64,000 bases of DNA, taken from NCBI GenBank assembly GCA_044223515.1, contig JBGALV010000012.1:368-64367 (forward strand). Direction: 5' to 3'. Position numbers and translations under genes: made by a program. How positions within the stretch are numbered: the stretch's first letter is position 1; every line of letters starts with the position of its first letter. Origin of the DNA: Alphaproteobacteria bacterium. Its GTDB lineage: Bacteria; Pseudomonadota; Alphaproteobacteria; SHVZ01. The notes beneath the pieces were generated by a model. It searched no databases and had not been told where the DNA came from. It saw nothing but the letters and a program-made list of their open reading frames with translations. Shown piece after piece: positions 36,327 through 46,680 of the stretch.

Positions 36327-37000
36327 CCGGCCGTCAGCTTGTAGCCGACGCCGCGCAACGTCTGCAGGAGCGGCCTCTCGAACGGCGCGTCGATCTTCTG
36401 GCGGAGCTTCGAGATGTGCGCGTCGATCACGTTGGTCTGCGGGTCGAAGTGGTAGTCCCAGACGTTCTCGAGCAGCATGGTGCGCGTCACCGCCTGCTCG
36501 GCATGCCGCATCAGGTATTCGAGCAGCTTGAACTCGCGCGGCTGCAGGTCGATCGGCTTGCCGGCGCGCAACACCTCGCGGGCCAGGAGGTCCATCCTCA
36601 GGTCGCCGACGGCGAGCGAGGTCGCAGCCGCAACCGGTTGCGCGCGGCGGACCAGCGCATCGAGGCGGGCGACGAGCTCGCCGAAGGCGAAGGGCTTGGT
36701 GAGATAATCATCGCCGCCGGCGCGAAGCCCGCGGATGCGGTCGTCGACCTCGGCCAGAGCCGAGAGGATCAGGATCGGCGTCTTGTTCCCGGTCTTGCGC
36801 AGCGCCTCGATGATGCCGAGGCCGTCGATGCCGCCGGGCAGCATGCGGTCGAGGACCATCGCGTCGTAGGCCTCGGTCGTCGCCATGAACAGCCCGTCGC
36901 GGCCGTTGCCGGCATGATCGACGACATGGCCCGACTCCTTCAGGCCCTTGACGACGAAGTCGGCGACGCGGTCGTTGTCCTCGACCAGCAGGATCTTCAT
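36323..37000 (-). CDS. OmpR-family response regulator
   Basis: Receiver (LLVEDN..DAMVLDRMLPG..KP) plus winged-helix trans_reg_C. Confidence 0.9.
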   Translation of the reverse strand: MKILLVEDNDRVADFVVKGLKESGHVVDHAGNGRDGLFMATTEAYDAMVLDRMLPGGIDGLGIIEALRKTGNKTPILILSALAEVDDRIRGLRAGGDDYLTKPFAFGELVARLDALVRRAQPVAAATSLAVGDLRMDLLAREVLRAGKPIDLQPREFKLLEYLMRHAEQAVTRTMLLENVWDYHFDPQTNVIDAHISKLRQKIDAPFERPLLQTLRGVGYKLTAG

Positions 37001-37069
37001 GACGCCTCGAGCATAAGAAAGCGGCCGGACGTTATCGCCCGGCCGCTTCCGTCCACCTGAAGTCGGAGG

Positions 37070-38620
37070 TCAGCCCTGGGCGAGCTGGAGCGCCACATAG
37101 TAGGTGGCGCCCTCGCGCATGACCAGCAGCGGCACCGCCTCGCGCTTCTCGTCCTGGGCCTTGCGGATCTTGGCGATCGCGTCCTGCGGGGACGCCACCG
37201 CGTCGTCGCCGACGCGGACGATCACGTCGCCGCGCTCGATGCCGCTTTCGGCCGCCTGGCTGTCCGGCGTCACGCGCTGGACGACGACGCCCTTGGCAGT
37301 CGACGGCAGGGAGAGCTCCTTCCGCTTCTCGTTGGAGAGCGGGGCGAGCGCCAGGCCGACGGCAGCGCGGCCGGTGGCCGACTGGTCGTCGTTGTCGTTG
37401 CTCGACGCCGACACCTGCTTCTCCGCCTTGGGCGTACCGACGGTCACGCTGAGCGTCTGCTCCTTGCCGTCGCGCCACACCGTCATGCGGGCGCTCTGGC
37501 CGGCCTTGGAGTCGCCGACCGCGACCGCGAGGTCGCGCGGGCTCTTGATGGAGCGGTTGCCGAATTGGGTGATTACGTCACCCTGCTGCAGCTTGGCGCG
37601 CGCCGCCGGCGAGTCGTCCTCGACCCGGTTGATCAGCACGCCGTCCGAGTTCGGCCGGCCCATCGCACGGGCGAGCTGGTCGGTCAGGGGCTGCATCTGC
37701 ACGCCGAGCCAGCCGCGGTTGACCGAGCCGTGCTCGCGAAGCTCGCCCACGACCTTCGAGACCAGGTTCGAGGGGATCGCGAAGCCGATGCCGACGCTGC
37801 CGCCCGACGGCGAGTAGATCGCGGTCGAGATGCCGATCACCTGGCCCTGCTGGTTGAACAGCGGGCCGCCGGAGTTGCCGGGGTTGATCGGCGCGTCAAT
37901 CTGAAGGAAGTCGTCGTACGGACCCGCATGCAGGTTGCGATTGTGCGCCGAGATGATGCCGGCGGTGACCGAGCCGCCGAGGCCGAACGGGTTGCCGACC
38001 GCGATCACCCAGTCGCCGACGCGCGCGGCGTCGGAGTTGCCGAAGGGCAGGTACGGCAGCGGCCGCGGGGCCTCGATCTTGAGCAGCGCCAGGTCGACCT
38101 TGTCGTCGCGGCCCTTCACCGTCGCCTGATAGCTCGACCCGTCGTCCATGGTGACGGTGATCTTGGTGGCACCCTCGACCACGTGGTTGTTGGTCACGAT
38201 CCATCCGGCCGGATCGACGATGAAGCCGGAGCCCGCCGAGCGCTTGGTGCGGCCGCGGCCCTCCTCGTCGTCGCCGCCCTGCCCGCGCTGCTGCTGGTCG
38301 AAGTAGCGCTTGAACATCTCTTCCATCTGCTTCGGCATCTTCGGCAGGTTGCGCATGTCAGCGCTGGTGCCGCCGCCGACCCGCTCCTGGGTCGAGATGT
38401 TGACGACCGCCGGCTTCACCTTGTCGGCGAGGTCGGCGAATCCCAGCTGCGGAATGCCGTAGGGGGCCGGCACAGTGGACGGCGCCGCTACCGGCGGCGC
38501 AACGGTCGCCTGCGACCAGGCGTGGGTGGCGACGCCGCCGCCCAGGATGGTGGTGATCAGGAGGGCGGCCGCCAGGGCCTTGGCCTTCGGCGAACGCGCC
38601 CGATCGGTGGACTGAGTCAT
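37070..38620 (-). CDS. degP: Periplasmic serine endoprotease DegP/HtrA (Do family, two PDZ domains)
   Basis: Signal peptide, catalytic triad context (TNNHVV, D, GNSGGPL), two PDZ-like regions. Confidence 0.9.
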   Translation of the reverse strand: MTQSTDRARSPKAKALAAALLITTILGGGVATHAWSQATVAPPVAAPSTVPAPYGIPQLGFADLADKVKPAVVNISTQERVGGGTSADMRNLPKMPKQMEEMFKRYFDQQQRGQGGDDEEGRGRTKRSAGSGFIVDPAGWIVTNNHVVEGATKITVTMDDGSSYQATVKGRDDKVDLALLKIEAPRPLPYLPFGNSDAARVGDWVIAVGNPFGLGGSVTAGIISAHNRNLHAGPYDDFLQIDAPINPGNSGGPLFNQQGQVIGISTAIYSPSGGSVGIGFAIPSNLVSKVVGELREHGSVNRGWLGVQMQPLTDQLARAMGRPNSDGVLINRVEDDSPAARAKLQQGDVITQFGNRSIKSPRDLAVAVGDSKAGQSARMTVWRDGKEQTLSVTVGTPKAEKQVSASSNDNDDQSATGRAAVGLALAPLSNEKRKELSLPSTAKGVVVQRVTPDSQAAESGIERGDVIVRVGDDAVASPQDAIAKIRKAQDEKREAVPLLVMREGATYYVALQLAQG

Positions 38621-38742
38621 CTTGTTCCTCTCCTCGAAGGGGCGCTCCTGCGCCCGGAAGTCTCGGAGGAGAGAATGGGGTCGAGCCCCTCGCCGTTGCC
38701 TTGCCGCCGGATTAAGAAAAATTGAGAAAGGGAAAGAGGTGC

Positions 38743-39366
38743 CTAGTTACCGGCGACGCGGTTCCTGAACCGGATCAGCTTGATGTAGCCGCCGATGCCG
38801 GCATCCTCGATGCCGGCGACGTCGATTCCCGCGGTCTCGACGACCGTCGCCAGCCTGAGATCCGAGCGGATCGCCATCGCGCGGGTCGCCGGTGCCACCA
38901 TTCGGTCGAACGCGCCGAGCAGACCGGTCTCCGCCGCGACGTGGTTGACCACGATGATGTGACCACCGGGAACGCAGACCCGTCGCAGCTCTTGAAACAA
39001 TTTCGTCATATTCGGCACGACCGCCGCGACGTACATCGCGACGACCGCTTCGAAGCTCGCGTCCGCGAATCTCATCGCCTGCGCGTCCATCTCATGCAGG
39101 CCCTGGACGTTGGGCAGGCTTTCGGCGCGATGCCGCGCGCGCTCGAGCATCTCGGGTGAAAGGTCGATGCCGGTCACCTCGATGTCGGGCCGATAGAGCG
39201 GCAGCGAGAGCCCGGTGCCGACCCCGACCTCGAGCACGGACTTCGCGCCGGTCGCGTTCGCCGCCTCGACCGCCATCCGCCGGCCGCGATCGAGCAGCGG
39301 GCCGAAGACGGCATCGTAGACCTTCGCGCCCTTGCCGTAGACGCGACGGATCAGGTCGAGATCCAT
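38743..39366 (-). CDS. Class I SAM-dependent methyltransferase (possibly Rhodobacter-type phospholipid N-methyltransferase-like)
   Basis: Motif I VLEVGVGTG, ~208 aa. Start at MDLDLIRR; ORF-track extension trimmed. Confidence 0.75.
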   Translation of the reverse strand: MDLDLIRRVYGKGAKVYDAVFGPLLDRGRRMAVEAANATGAKSVLEVGVGTGLSLPLYRPDIEVTGIDLSPEMLERARHRAESLPNVQGLHEMDAQAMRFADASFEAVVAMYVAAVVPNMTKLFQELRRVCVPGGHIIVVNHVAAETGLLGAFDRMVAPATRAMAIRSDLRLATVVETAGIDVAGIEDAGIGGYIKLIRFRNRVAGN

Positions 39367-39373
39367 GGGAGCC

Positions 39374-40015
39374 CTAGGCGTGCGCCGGCTCGGCCGGTGC
39401 GTTGCGGAAATGGACCAGGCGCCAGTAGCCGCCGAGATTGACCCGCCGCACCTGGACGATCTGCAGGCGCGCGCCATCGGCGAGGTGCATCAGTCGCACG
39501 TCGGGGCGGAAGCCGATCACCTCGGCAAAAGGCCCGCACGCCTTCTCGATCATGCGCAAAGGCCCGCCGGACGAGGCAAAATGATTGACCACGACGATGT
39601 CGCCGCCGGGCACGCAGACCCGCTTCATCTCGGCGATCAGCTTCATCGGATCGGGCACGACCGAGGCGACGTGCATGGCGACGACCGCATCGAAGCTACG
39701 GTCGGCGAAGGCCATGTTCATCGCGTCCATCTCGAGCAGGCCGGCGACGTTCGAGAGCCGCTTGCGGCGCACGCGCGCCTTGGCCCGCTTCAGCATCTCG
39801 GGCGAGGCGTCGATGCCCACGACCCAGGCGTCGCTGCGGTAGAGCGGCAATGCCAGGCCGGTGCCCACGCCGACGTCGAGGATGCGCTGGCTGGCCCGCT
39901 TGTTGGCGAGCGCCACCGCGTCCTTGCGGCCGGAATGGAAGATCGCGCCTTCCAGCACATCGTAGAGTGGCGAAAGGCGTCGATAGCTGGCGCGGATGAC
40001 GGAAAGGCTGTCCAT
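39374..40015 (-). CDS. Class I SAM-dependent methyltransferase, tandem paralog of 38743..39366
   Basis: Motif I ILDVGVGTG, collinear with neighbor (..DLSPEML.RA..R; VVNH). Confidence 0.75.
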   Translation of the reverse strand: MDSLSVIRASYRRLSPLYDVLEGAIFHSGRKDAVALANKRASQRILDVGVGTGLALPLYRSDAWVVGIDASPEMLKRAKARVRRKRLSNVAGLLEMDAMNMAFADRSFDAVVAMHVASVVPDPMKLIAEMKRVCVPGGDIVVVNHFASSGGPLRMIEKACGPFAEVIGFRPDVRLMHLADGARLQIVQVRRVNLGGYWRLVHFRNAPAEPAHA

Positions 40016-40151
40016 TTTCTCGGGGTGCGGTCTGTCGGCGATGGGGAGGTCCGGACGGACGGCGCGGCTCAGCGAGCCGAAAATAAGTGCATCACAGATT
40101 CGGGGGCTTAGGAAGCGCGAAACGGGTTTTCACGGGATATAGTCGGCATCG

Positions 40152-40808
40152 ATGGACCCCCTCCGTGACCTCTACGCGGCCAAGCCGGCCGGGTACTTTG
40201 CCAATGCCCGTGACGCCGAGGTGGTTCCGTTGCTGAACCGTCCGGCCGACCGCGCGCTGGAGCTCGGATGCGGCGATGGCGCGACGCTCGGGCGCCTGCA
40301 GGAACGCGGCCTCGTGCGCTGGGCCGCGGGCATCGAGATCGATGCCGAGGCCGCCGAGCGCGCCCGTTCCCGCCTCGACCGGGTCCTGGTCGGCAACGTC
40401 GAGGCGATCGCGGACGAAGTTCTTCCGGTGGATCTCGACCTGATCCTCTGCCTCGACGTGCTCGAGCATCTGGTCGATCCGTGGGCCGTCGTGCGTCGGC
40501 TCTCGCCGTGCCTTCGGCCCGGCGGCGTCCTGATCGCCTGCATTCCGAATATCCGTCATGTCGGGACGCTGATGCCGCTCTTGCTGAAGGGACGTTTCGA
40601 TTACGCCGACGCCGGCACGCTCGATCGCGGCCATCTCCGCTTCTTCACGCGATCCACGATCCGCGCGCTGTTCGAGCAGGCGGGCCTGCGCGTCGCGCGC
40701 ATCGATGCGCCGGTGATGGGAAAGTCGGCGCTGCTGAACACGCTGACCCTCGGCCTCGCCCGCGACCTCTGCGCCTATCGCTATCTCGTGCGGGCGGAAG
40801 CGCGATGA
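40152..40808 (+). CDS. SAM-dependent methyltransferase (Methyltransf_23-like), polysaccharide-cluster associated
   Basis: Motif I LELGCGDG and acidic loop LCLDVLEH. Confidence 0.75.
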   Translation: MDPLRDLYAAKPAGYFANARDAEVVPLLNRPADRALELGCGDGATLGRLQERGLVRWAAGIEIDAEAAERARSRLDRVLVGNVEAIADEVLPVDLDLILCLDVLEHLVDPWAVVRRLSPCLRPGGVLIACIPNIRHVGTLMPLLLKGRFDYADAGTLDRGHLRFFTRSTIRALFEQAGLRVARIDAPVMGKSALLNTLTLGLARDLCAYRYLVRAEAR

Positions 40809-40821
40809 GCTTGCCGGCGAC

Positions 40822-42039
40822 ATGATCTTCGGCGCGCTTCTCGGCACGGCGGCGACGCAGGCCGCGAACCTGGCGACGGCGATGATCGTCGCGCGGGCGC
40901 TGCTGCCGGAAGGACGCGGCGATCTGCAGCTCGTCGTGCTGTGGCCGATGCTGGCCGCGCAGGTCGCGTCGCTGTCGCTCAACGAGGCGCTGCTGGTCAT
41001 GACCGCCTCGGGCGACGGCGACAAGCGGCGGCTGTTCGGAGCGGGACTTTGGATCACGCTCGCGCTCGCCGCGATCGCCACCGCGGTCGCGGGATTCTGG
41101 CTGGTCCCAAGCGCGCTGGGACTTCGGCCCGACGAGGTGAAGGAGGCGGGACGCCTCTGTCTCTGGCTCGTGCCGGCGACGATGCTCTCGACATTCTTTC
41201 TCGATGCGCTCCGCGGCCGGCTCGACCACCAGGGATGGATCGTGCTGCGCACCGTGCAGGCGCTGTCCTATCTCGCCGGCACCGTGATCGCCTGGCGTCT
41301 CGGCAGCGGCGTTTTCGGATTCGCGCTCGCCTTCGTCGTCTCGCATGTCTGCGCCATGGCGGCATCGGGCCTGCGCCTGGCGCGGCTCGGCGGACTCTCG
41401 GCGCAAGCGCCCGACAAGGAGACGGTCCAGCCGCTGGTGTCGCTCGGCCTCCGTCTCCACACCGGCTTCGTCATCCAGGTGCTCGGCGGACGCATCGACC
41501 AGATCGCGATCGCGATCCTGCTCGATCCCGCCTCGCTCGGCCTCTATGCCGCGGCGATGACGCTGGTCTTGGGATTGCTGCAGCTCGCGCAGTCGGTCTC
41601 GCAGGCGATGTTCCCGCGCGTGCTGGCGCTGCCCGAGCGGCCGGCGAAAGCGCGTCAGGTGCGGCATACGCTGGCGCTCGTCCTCGGCGGTGTCGCGATC
41701 GCCGCGATCGCCCTGTTCGCGGTGGCCGACGTCGTGATCCGGATCCTGTTCGGCGCCGCCTTCGCGCCGGCGGCCGATCTCGTGCGCGTGCTGCTGATCG
41801 GCATCGTGCCGCATGCGAGCCGCGAGGTGTTCATGCTGGCGCTCAAGGTCGAGGGACGCCCGCTCGCGATCGGCCGCGCCGAGGCGATGAGCCTCGGCTT
41901 CTTTGCAGCGTTGCTGTTCCTGCTGGTGCCGCGCCATGGCGCCGCCGGCACCGCGGCCGCCTATGCCGCGACCCAGTGGCTGGTCGCCGGCGTCATGGCC
42001 TGGCAGTGCCGCGGCCTGCTCACGCTTCGCGGCGGCTGA
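40822..42039 (+). CDS. wzx: Polysaccharide/O-antigen flippase (Wzx, PST family)
   Basis: ~12-TM, 405-aa protein with PST pattern. Adjacent to GT genes. Confidence 0.75.
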   Translation: MIFGALLGTAATQAANLATAMIVARALLPEGRGDLQLVVLWPMLAAQVASLSLNEALLVMTASGDGDKRRLFGAGLWITLALAAIATAVAGFWLVPSALGLRPDEVKEAGRLCLWLVPATMLSTFFLDALRGRLDHQGWIVLRTVQALSYLAGTVIAWRLGSGVFGFALAFVVSHVCAMAASGLRLARLGGLSAQAPDKETVQPLVSLGLRLHTGFVIQVLGGRIDQIAIAILLDPASLGLYAAAMTLVLGLLQLAQSVSQAMFPRVLALPERPAKARQVRHTLALVLGGVAIAAIALFAVADVVIRILFGAAFAPAADLVRVLLIGIVPHASREVFMLALKVEGRPLAIGRAEAMSLGFFAALLFLLVPRHGAAGTAAAYAATQWLVAGVMAWQCRGLLTLRGG

Positions 42040-43318
42040 ACAGCACCTTGTCGACCCGCCGGCCACCGAGGTCGGTGTCCAGCACCTCGACCTTCCAGTG
42101 GTCGCTGACGTCGGCCGCGTCGCCTTCCTTCGGCATGCGCTGCAGCCGGTCGAGCACGAGGCCCGCCACGGTGTGGAAGCGCCCGCCGGTCTCGAGCTTG
42201 AGGCCGAGCGCGGCGTCGATCTCGTCGATCGTGGTAGTGCCGTCGACGAGATAGGACCCGTCGGCACGCGGCGTGATGCTGGGTGCCAGCTGCCCGCCTT
42301 CCTCGGCGAGGTCGCCCGCGATCGACTCGACGATGTCGGTCAGCGTCAGCAGCCCTTCGAAGCCGCCGAACTCGTTGACGATGAAGGCGATGTGCACCGG
42401 GCTCTTCTTCATCGCCTTCAGCGCGTCGAGGATCGAGCTGCCCTCGGGCAGGAACAGCGGCTGGCGCATGTCGCGGGTGATGTCGATCGGCTCGCCGGCG
42501 ATCATGCGGTCGAGCAGGTCCTTCTTCTGGACGATGCCGAGCGGTTCGTCGAGGTTGCCGGCACGCGCGACGACGACGCGCGAGTACGGAATCTGGCGAA
42601 GCTCGGCGGTCACCGACTTCGGATCGTCGGCGACGTCGATCCAGGCGACCGCGCGCCTCGGCGTCATGATCCCGGCGACGGGCCGGTCGTCGAGACGCAG
42701 CAGGCGGGTCATCATGTCCTTGCCGGCCGGATCGATGACGCCGGCCTCGGCCCCCTCGGCGATCACGGTCGAGACTTCCTCGGCGGTCACGACCGACGCA
42801 TCCACCTCGCGGACGCGCAGCAGCGTCAGGATGAGCGAGGTCGACGCGCTCAGGACCACGACGAAAGGCCGGCCGAGCGCCGCCATCTTCGAGAGCGGCC
42901 GGGCGATCCGCGCTGCGACCGTATCGGCATGGACCAGCGCGATCCGCTTAGGCGCCAGTTCGCCGATCACCAGCGAGGCATAGGTGATGGCGACGACGGT
43001 TATGCCGAAGGCGACTTTGTCCCCGTAAGGCGCGATCAGAGGAAAGGTGTCGAGCCAGGCGCCGAGCTTGGTCGCCAGCGTGGCGCCCGAGAAGGCGCCG
43101 GCCAGGATGCCGATCAGCGTGATGCCGATCTGGACGGCCGAGAGGAAACGGCTGGGATCGTCCTTGAGGAGGATCGCCGCCTCGGCTCCCTTGTCGCCGG
43201 CCTGGGCCATCGCCGACAGGCGCGGGCGGCGGGAGGAGACGATCGCCAGCTCCGACATCGCGAATACGCCGTTGAGAACGATCAGAAAGAAGACGACCGC
43301 GAGCTCGAATCCGATCAT
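42020..43318 (-). CDS. HlyC/CorC-family transporter (DUF21-CBS pair-CorC_HlyC)
   Basis: N-terminal DUF21 TMs, tandem CBS, C-terminal transporter-associated domain. Confidence 0.9.
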   Translation of the reverse strand: MIGFELAVVFFLIVLNGVFAMSELAIVSSRRPRLSAMAQAGDKGAEAAILLKDDPSRFLSAVQIGITLIGILAGAFSGATLATKLGAWLDTFPLIAPYGDKVAFGITVVAITYASLVIGELAPKRIALVHADTVAARIARPLSKMAALGRPFVVVLSASTSLILTLLRVREVDASVVTAEEVSTVIAEGAEAGVIDPAGKDMMTRLLRLDDRPVAGIMTPRRAVAWIDVADDPKSVTAELRQIPYSRVVVARAGNLDEPLGIVQKKDLLDRMIAGEPIDITRDMRQPLFLPEGSSILDALKAMKKSPVHIAFIVNEFGGFEGLLTLTDIVESIAGDLAEEGGQLAPSITPRADGSYLVDGTTTIDEIDAALGLKLETGGRFHTVAGLVLDRLQRMPKEGDAADVSDHWKVEVLDTDLGGRRVDKVLFSRREA

Positions 43319-43514
43319 GGGTCCTTATGTGCCGGCCGACCATGCGGCCCGGGACCCGGAAGACTAACAGGACGGGGAGGCCAATGGAGCCGCGTCCGGG
43401 CAATATCCGGAAAGAAAATCGCCCGGACGAGCCATTTTAATAAACAAACAGACGAAATCGGCGGCCGGCAACCGGCCTCGACGGACCCCCGCCCGGTCCC
43501 TATCCTCCGGCCGG

Positions 43515-44516
43515 ATGGCCTCCCTGCCCCACCTCGACATCGTCATCGTCAACTGGAACTCCGGGCCGCAACTTCGCCGCTGCCTCGAATCGATCCTCCC
43601 GGTCGACCGGACCGGCTTCGAGCTTTCGCGGGTCGTCGTGGTCGACAACGGCTCGGTCGACGCCTCGCTCGACGGGGTCCAGGGTCTCGGCCTGCCGCTG
43701 AGCGTCATCGAGCTCGGGCTCAATGCCGGCTTCGCCGCCGCCTGCAACGCCGGCGCGGCCGGGTCGACCGCCGACTACGTCCTGTTCCTCAACCCGGACG
43801 CCGCGCTCTACCGGGACTCGCTGTCGCGGCCGCTCGTCTTCCTCGAGGCGCCCGAAAACGCCCAGATCGGCATCCTCGGCGTCCAGCTCGTCGACGACGA
43901 CGGCGAGATCAGCCGGAGCTGCGCGAACTTCCTCAGGCCGCGCCACATCATCGCGCACACCACCGGCCTCAATCACCTGGCGCCCAAGGTCTTCCCCAAT
44001 CACTTCATGGTCGAGTTCGACCATCGCACCAGCCGGGTCGTCGACCAAGTGATGGGCGCCTTCTTCCTGATGCGCCGGCGCGTGCTCGACGAGCTCGGCG
44101 GCTGGGACGAGCGCTTCTTCGTCTATCTGGAAGACGTCGATCTCGCCTATCGCGCGCGGCTGCACGGATGGCTCTCGTACTTCTACGCCGAGGTCCGCGC
44201 CTTCCATCGCGGCGGCGGTGTCTCGCGCCAGGTCAAGGCGGCACGCCTCTTCTATTCGCTGCGCAGCCGCATCCTCTACGCCTTCAAGCACTTCCACCCG
44301 GCGGTCGCCGTGCTCGTGCTCTGCGGCACGCTGTTCCTGGAGCCGGTGACGCGCATCGTCTATGCCGCGCTCGGCAACTCGCCGACCACCGGCAGCGAGA
44401 CGCTGAAGGCGTATTGGCTGCTGCTCAGAGACCTTCCCTTCGTCCTCTCGCTTGCCTGGACCTTGAGACACCATGCGGATACTTCTGCTCGCGCGCTACG
44501 GCCGGCTGGGCGCTAG
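43515..44516 (+). CDS. Family 2 glycosyltransferase
   Basis: IVIVNWNSG..VVVDNGSVD..DxD context. Confidence 0.85.
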   Translation: MASLPHLDIVIVNWNSGPQLRRCLESILPVDRTGFELSRVVVVDNGSVDASLDGVQGLGLPLSVIELGLNAGFAAACNAGAAGSTADYVLFLNPDAALYRDSLSRPLVFLEAPENAQIGILGVQLVDDDGEISRSCANFLRPRHIIAHTTGLNHLAPKVFPNHFMVEFDHRTSRVVDQVMGAFFLMRRRVLDELGGWDERFFVYLEDVDLAYRARLHGWLSYFYAEVRAFHRGGGVSRQVKAARLFYSLRSRILYAFKHFHPAVAVLVLCGTLFLEPVTRIVYAALGNSPTTGSETLKAYWLLLRDLPFVLSLAWTLRHHADTSARALRPAGR

Positions 44517-45555
44517 CAGCCGCGTCCGGTTCGAGCAGTTCCTGCCGCATCTGCAGGCGGCGGGGCACGAGGTCGTGTCGGCGCCGCTGTTCGACGACGA
44601 CTACCTGACCTCGCTCTACGACGAGGGCAAGCGCAAGACCACGGCGGTGCTGGCGGCCTATGCCAACCGTCTCGGCGTGATCCGCACGCGCGGCCACTAC
44701 GACCTCGTGTGGATGGAGAAGGAGGCGCTGCCCTGGATGCCCGCCTCCTTCGAGGCGTGGCTTCTCCGCGGCGGCCCGCCGATGATCGTCGACTACGACG
44801 ACGCGGTGTTCCATCGCTACGACCAGCATCCGAGCCCGCTGGTGCGCGGATTGCTGCACAACAAGATCGACCGCGTGATGGAGGCGGCCGCGGTCGTGGT
44901 CGCCGGCAACGACTATCTCGCCGACCGCGCGCGCGAGGCCGGCGCCAAGCGCGTGATGGTGCTGCCGACCGTGGTAGATCTCGACCGCTACCGCGCGCCG
45001 CCGCCGGCCAACGAGGGACCGCCGGTGATCGGCTGGATCGGCACGCCGCTGACCGGCGCCTATCTCGAGAACGTGCGCGATTCCCTCGCGCGCTTCGCCG
45101 AGACGGGTGCTGCGAAGGTGACGCTGATCGGCGCCGGCAACGACGTGCTGCCGGGCGTTCCGGTCGAGCGCGTCGAATGGCGCGAGGCCTCGGAAGCGAC
45201 CGACATCGCCAAGCTCGACATCGGCATCATGCCGATCCCCGACGAGCCGTTCGAGCGCGGCAAGTGCGGCTACAAGCTGATCCAGTACATGGCGCAGGCG
45301 CGCCCGTTCGTGGCGTCCCCGGTCGGCGTCAACGTGAAGCTGGTCAAGGAGACCCATGCCGGCTTCCTCGCGACGAGCCCGCAGGAGTGGTGGGACGCGC
45401 TGCTCAAGCTCGTCTCCGACGGCCTGCTTCGGCGCAAGATGGGCATGGACGGGCGGCGCGAGGTCGAGCGCAGGTACTGCGTTCAGGTGATCGCCCCCCA
45501 GCTGATCACGCTGTTCCGCGAGGTCGCGGGTCAGGCCGAGAAGGCGCGCCGATAG
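44473..45555 (+). CDS. Family 4 (GT-B, group 1) glycosyltransferase
   Basis: C-terminal E..E motif region (FVASPVGVNVKLVKETHAGF). Confidence 0.85.
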   Translation: MRILLLARYGRLGASSRVRFEQFLPHLQAAGHEVVSAPLFDDDYLTSLYDEGKRKTTAVLAAYANRLGVIRTRGHYDLVWMEKEALPWMPASFEAWLLRGGPPMIVDYDDAVFHRYDQHPSPLVRGLLHNKIDRVMEAAAVVVAGNDYLADRAREAGAKRVMVLPTVVDLDRYRAPPPANEGPPVIGWIGTPLTGAYLENVRDSLARFAETGAAKVTLIGAGNDVLPGVPVERVEWREASEATDIAKLDIGIMPIPDEPFERGKCGYKLIQYMAQARPFVASPVGVNVKLVKETHAGFLATSPQEWWDALLKLVSDGLLRRKMGMDGRREVERRYCVQVIAPQLITLFREVAGQAEKARR

Positions 45556-46667
45556 ACGTCCAGCGTCGCGGCCGCGACCGCGACGTCGGTGTGATGCGTC
45601 TCGACATTGGCGCGTGCCGCACGCCCGAGCCGCGCGCGGAGAGCCGGATCCTCGGCGAGCTTGCGCAGCGCCTCGGCGAGCGCCGCCGGCGACTTCGGCG
45701 GCACCACGAATCCGTCGACGCCGTCGGACACCAGCTCGCGGCAGCCCGGCACGTCGGTCGTCACCAGCGGACGGCCGCAGGCGCCGGCTTCGAGCAGGCT
45801 CTTCGGGATGCCTTCGCCACCGCGCGAGGGCTGCACCGCGATATGCGCCTCGGCCCACACCTTCGGGATGTCGTTGCGCTGACCCCACCATTCGACGGCG
45901 CCTTCGGCGACCCAGGACTCGATCTGCGCCTGGCCGATCGCGGTCGGATTGTAGGGATCGAGCGCGCCCACCAGCGCCACGCGGATCGGCGTTCCCTCGC
46001 GCTTGAGATGGCGCGCGGCCTCGACGAGATCGGGCACGCCCTTCAAGCCGACCAGGCGCGAGACCATCGCCGCGACCGGCACGCCGTCCGCTTCCGGCCG
46101 CGGCGAGAATTTGGAGATGTCGACGCCCGATCCGCGGATCAGCACCGTGCGCTCGGGCACGCCGATGCCGGCATCGCGGATCGTGTTCAGATCGTCTGAA
46201 TTCTGCACCAGCGTCCAGCGGCCCGGCGCCTTCATGAGGCGTCGCAGCATCGCCGTCACCGGCCCGCGCACCAATCGCGCGATCCCGCCGCCCTCGCCGG
46301 TATAGAGGATGCCGAGCCCGGTCAGCGCGTTGACGACCAGAGGCAGGCGGACGACGCGTGCCGCGATCGATCCCAGCAGCACCGCCTTCAGCGACAGGTG
46401 ATGGACGATGTCCGGCGCCTCGTCGCGATAGATCCGCACGAGCTCGGCGATAGTGCGGAGATCGGCGACGGGGTTGCGCAGCCCGCGCTTGAGCGCGATC
46501 GGCACGACGCGGAAGCCTTCCTTCTCGATCGTCTCGCGATGCGTCGAGACCGGCGTCGCGACGACGACGCGATACCCGGCCTCGCGCGCCATCCGCGCCA
46601 AGGTCATGCGGTGGGAGACAAAGAAATAGTCCTCGGCGACGGTGAAGAGGAGCGTTTTGTCCGTCAC
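45531..46667 (-). CDS. Family 4 (group 1) glycosyltransferase
   Basis: GTG 46667 chosen. The upstream 186 codons of the track ORF run through REP elements. Pattern RGGEGIPKSLLEAGACGRPLVTTDVPG. Confidence 0.8.
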   Translation of the reverse strand: MTDKTLLFTVAEDYFFVSHRMTLARMAREAGYRVVVATPVSTHRETIEKEGFRVVPIALKRGLRNPVADLRTIAELVRIYRDEAPDIVHHLSLKAVLLGSIAARVVRLPLVVNALTGLGILYTGEGGGIARLVRGPVTAMLRRLMKAPGRWTLVQNSDDLNTIRDAGIGVPERTVLIRGSGVDISKFSPRPEADGVPVAAMVSRLVGLKGVPDLVEAARHLKREGTPIRVALVGALDPYNPTAIGQAQIESWVAEGAVEWWGQRNDIPKVWAEAHIAVQPSRGGEGIPKSLLEAGACGRPLVTTDVPGCRELVSDGVDGFVVPPKSPAALAEALRKLAEDPALRARLGRAARANVETHHTDVAVAAATLDVYRRAFSA

Positions 46668-46680
46668 GCGACGCTGCCTC

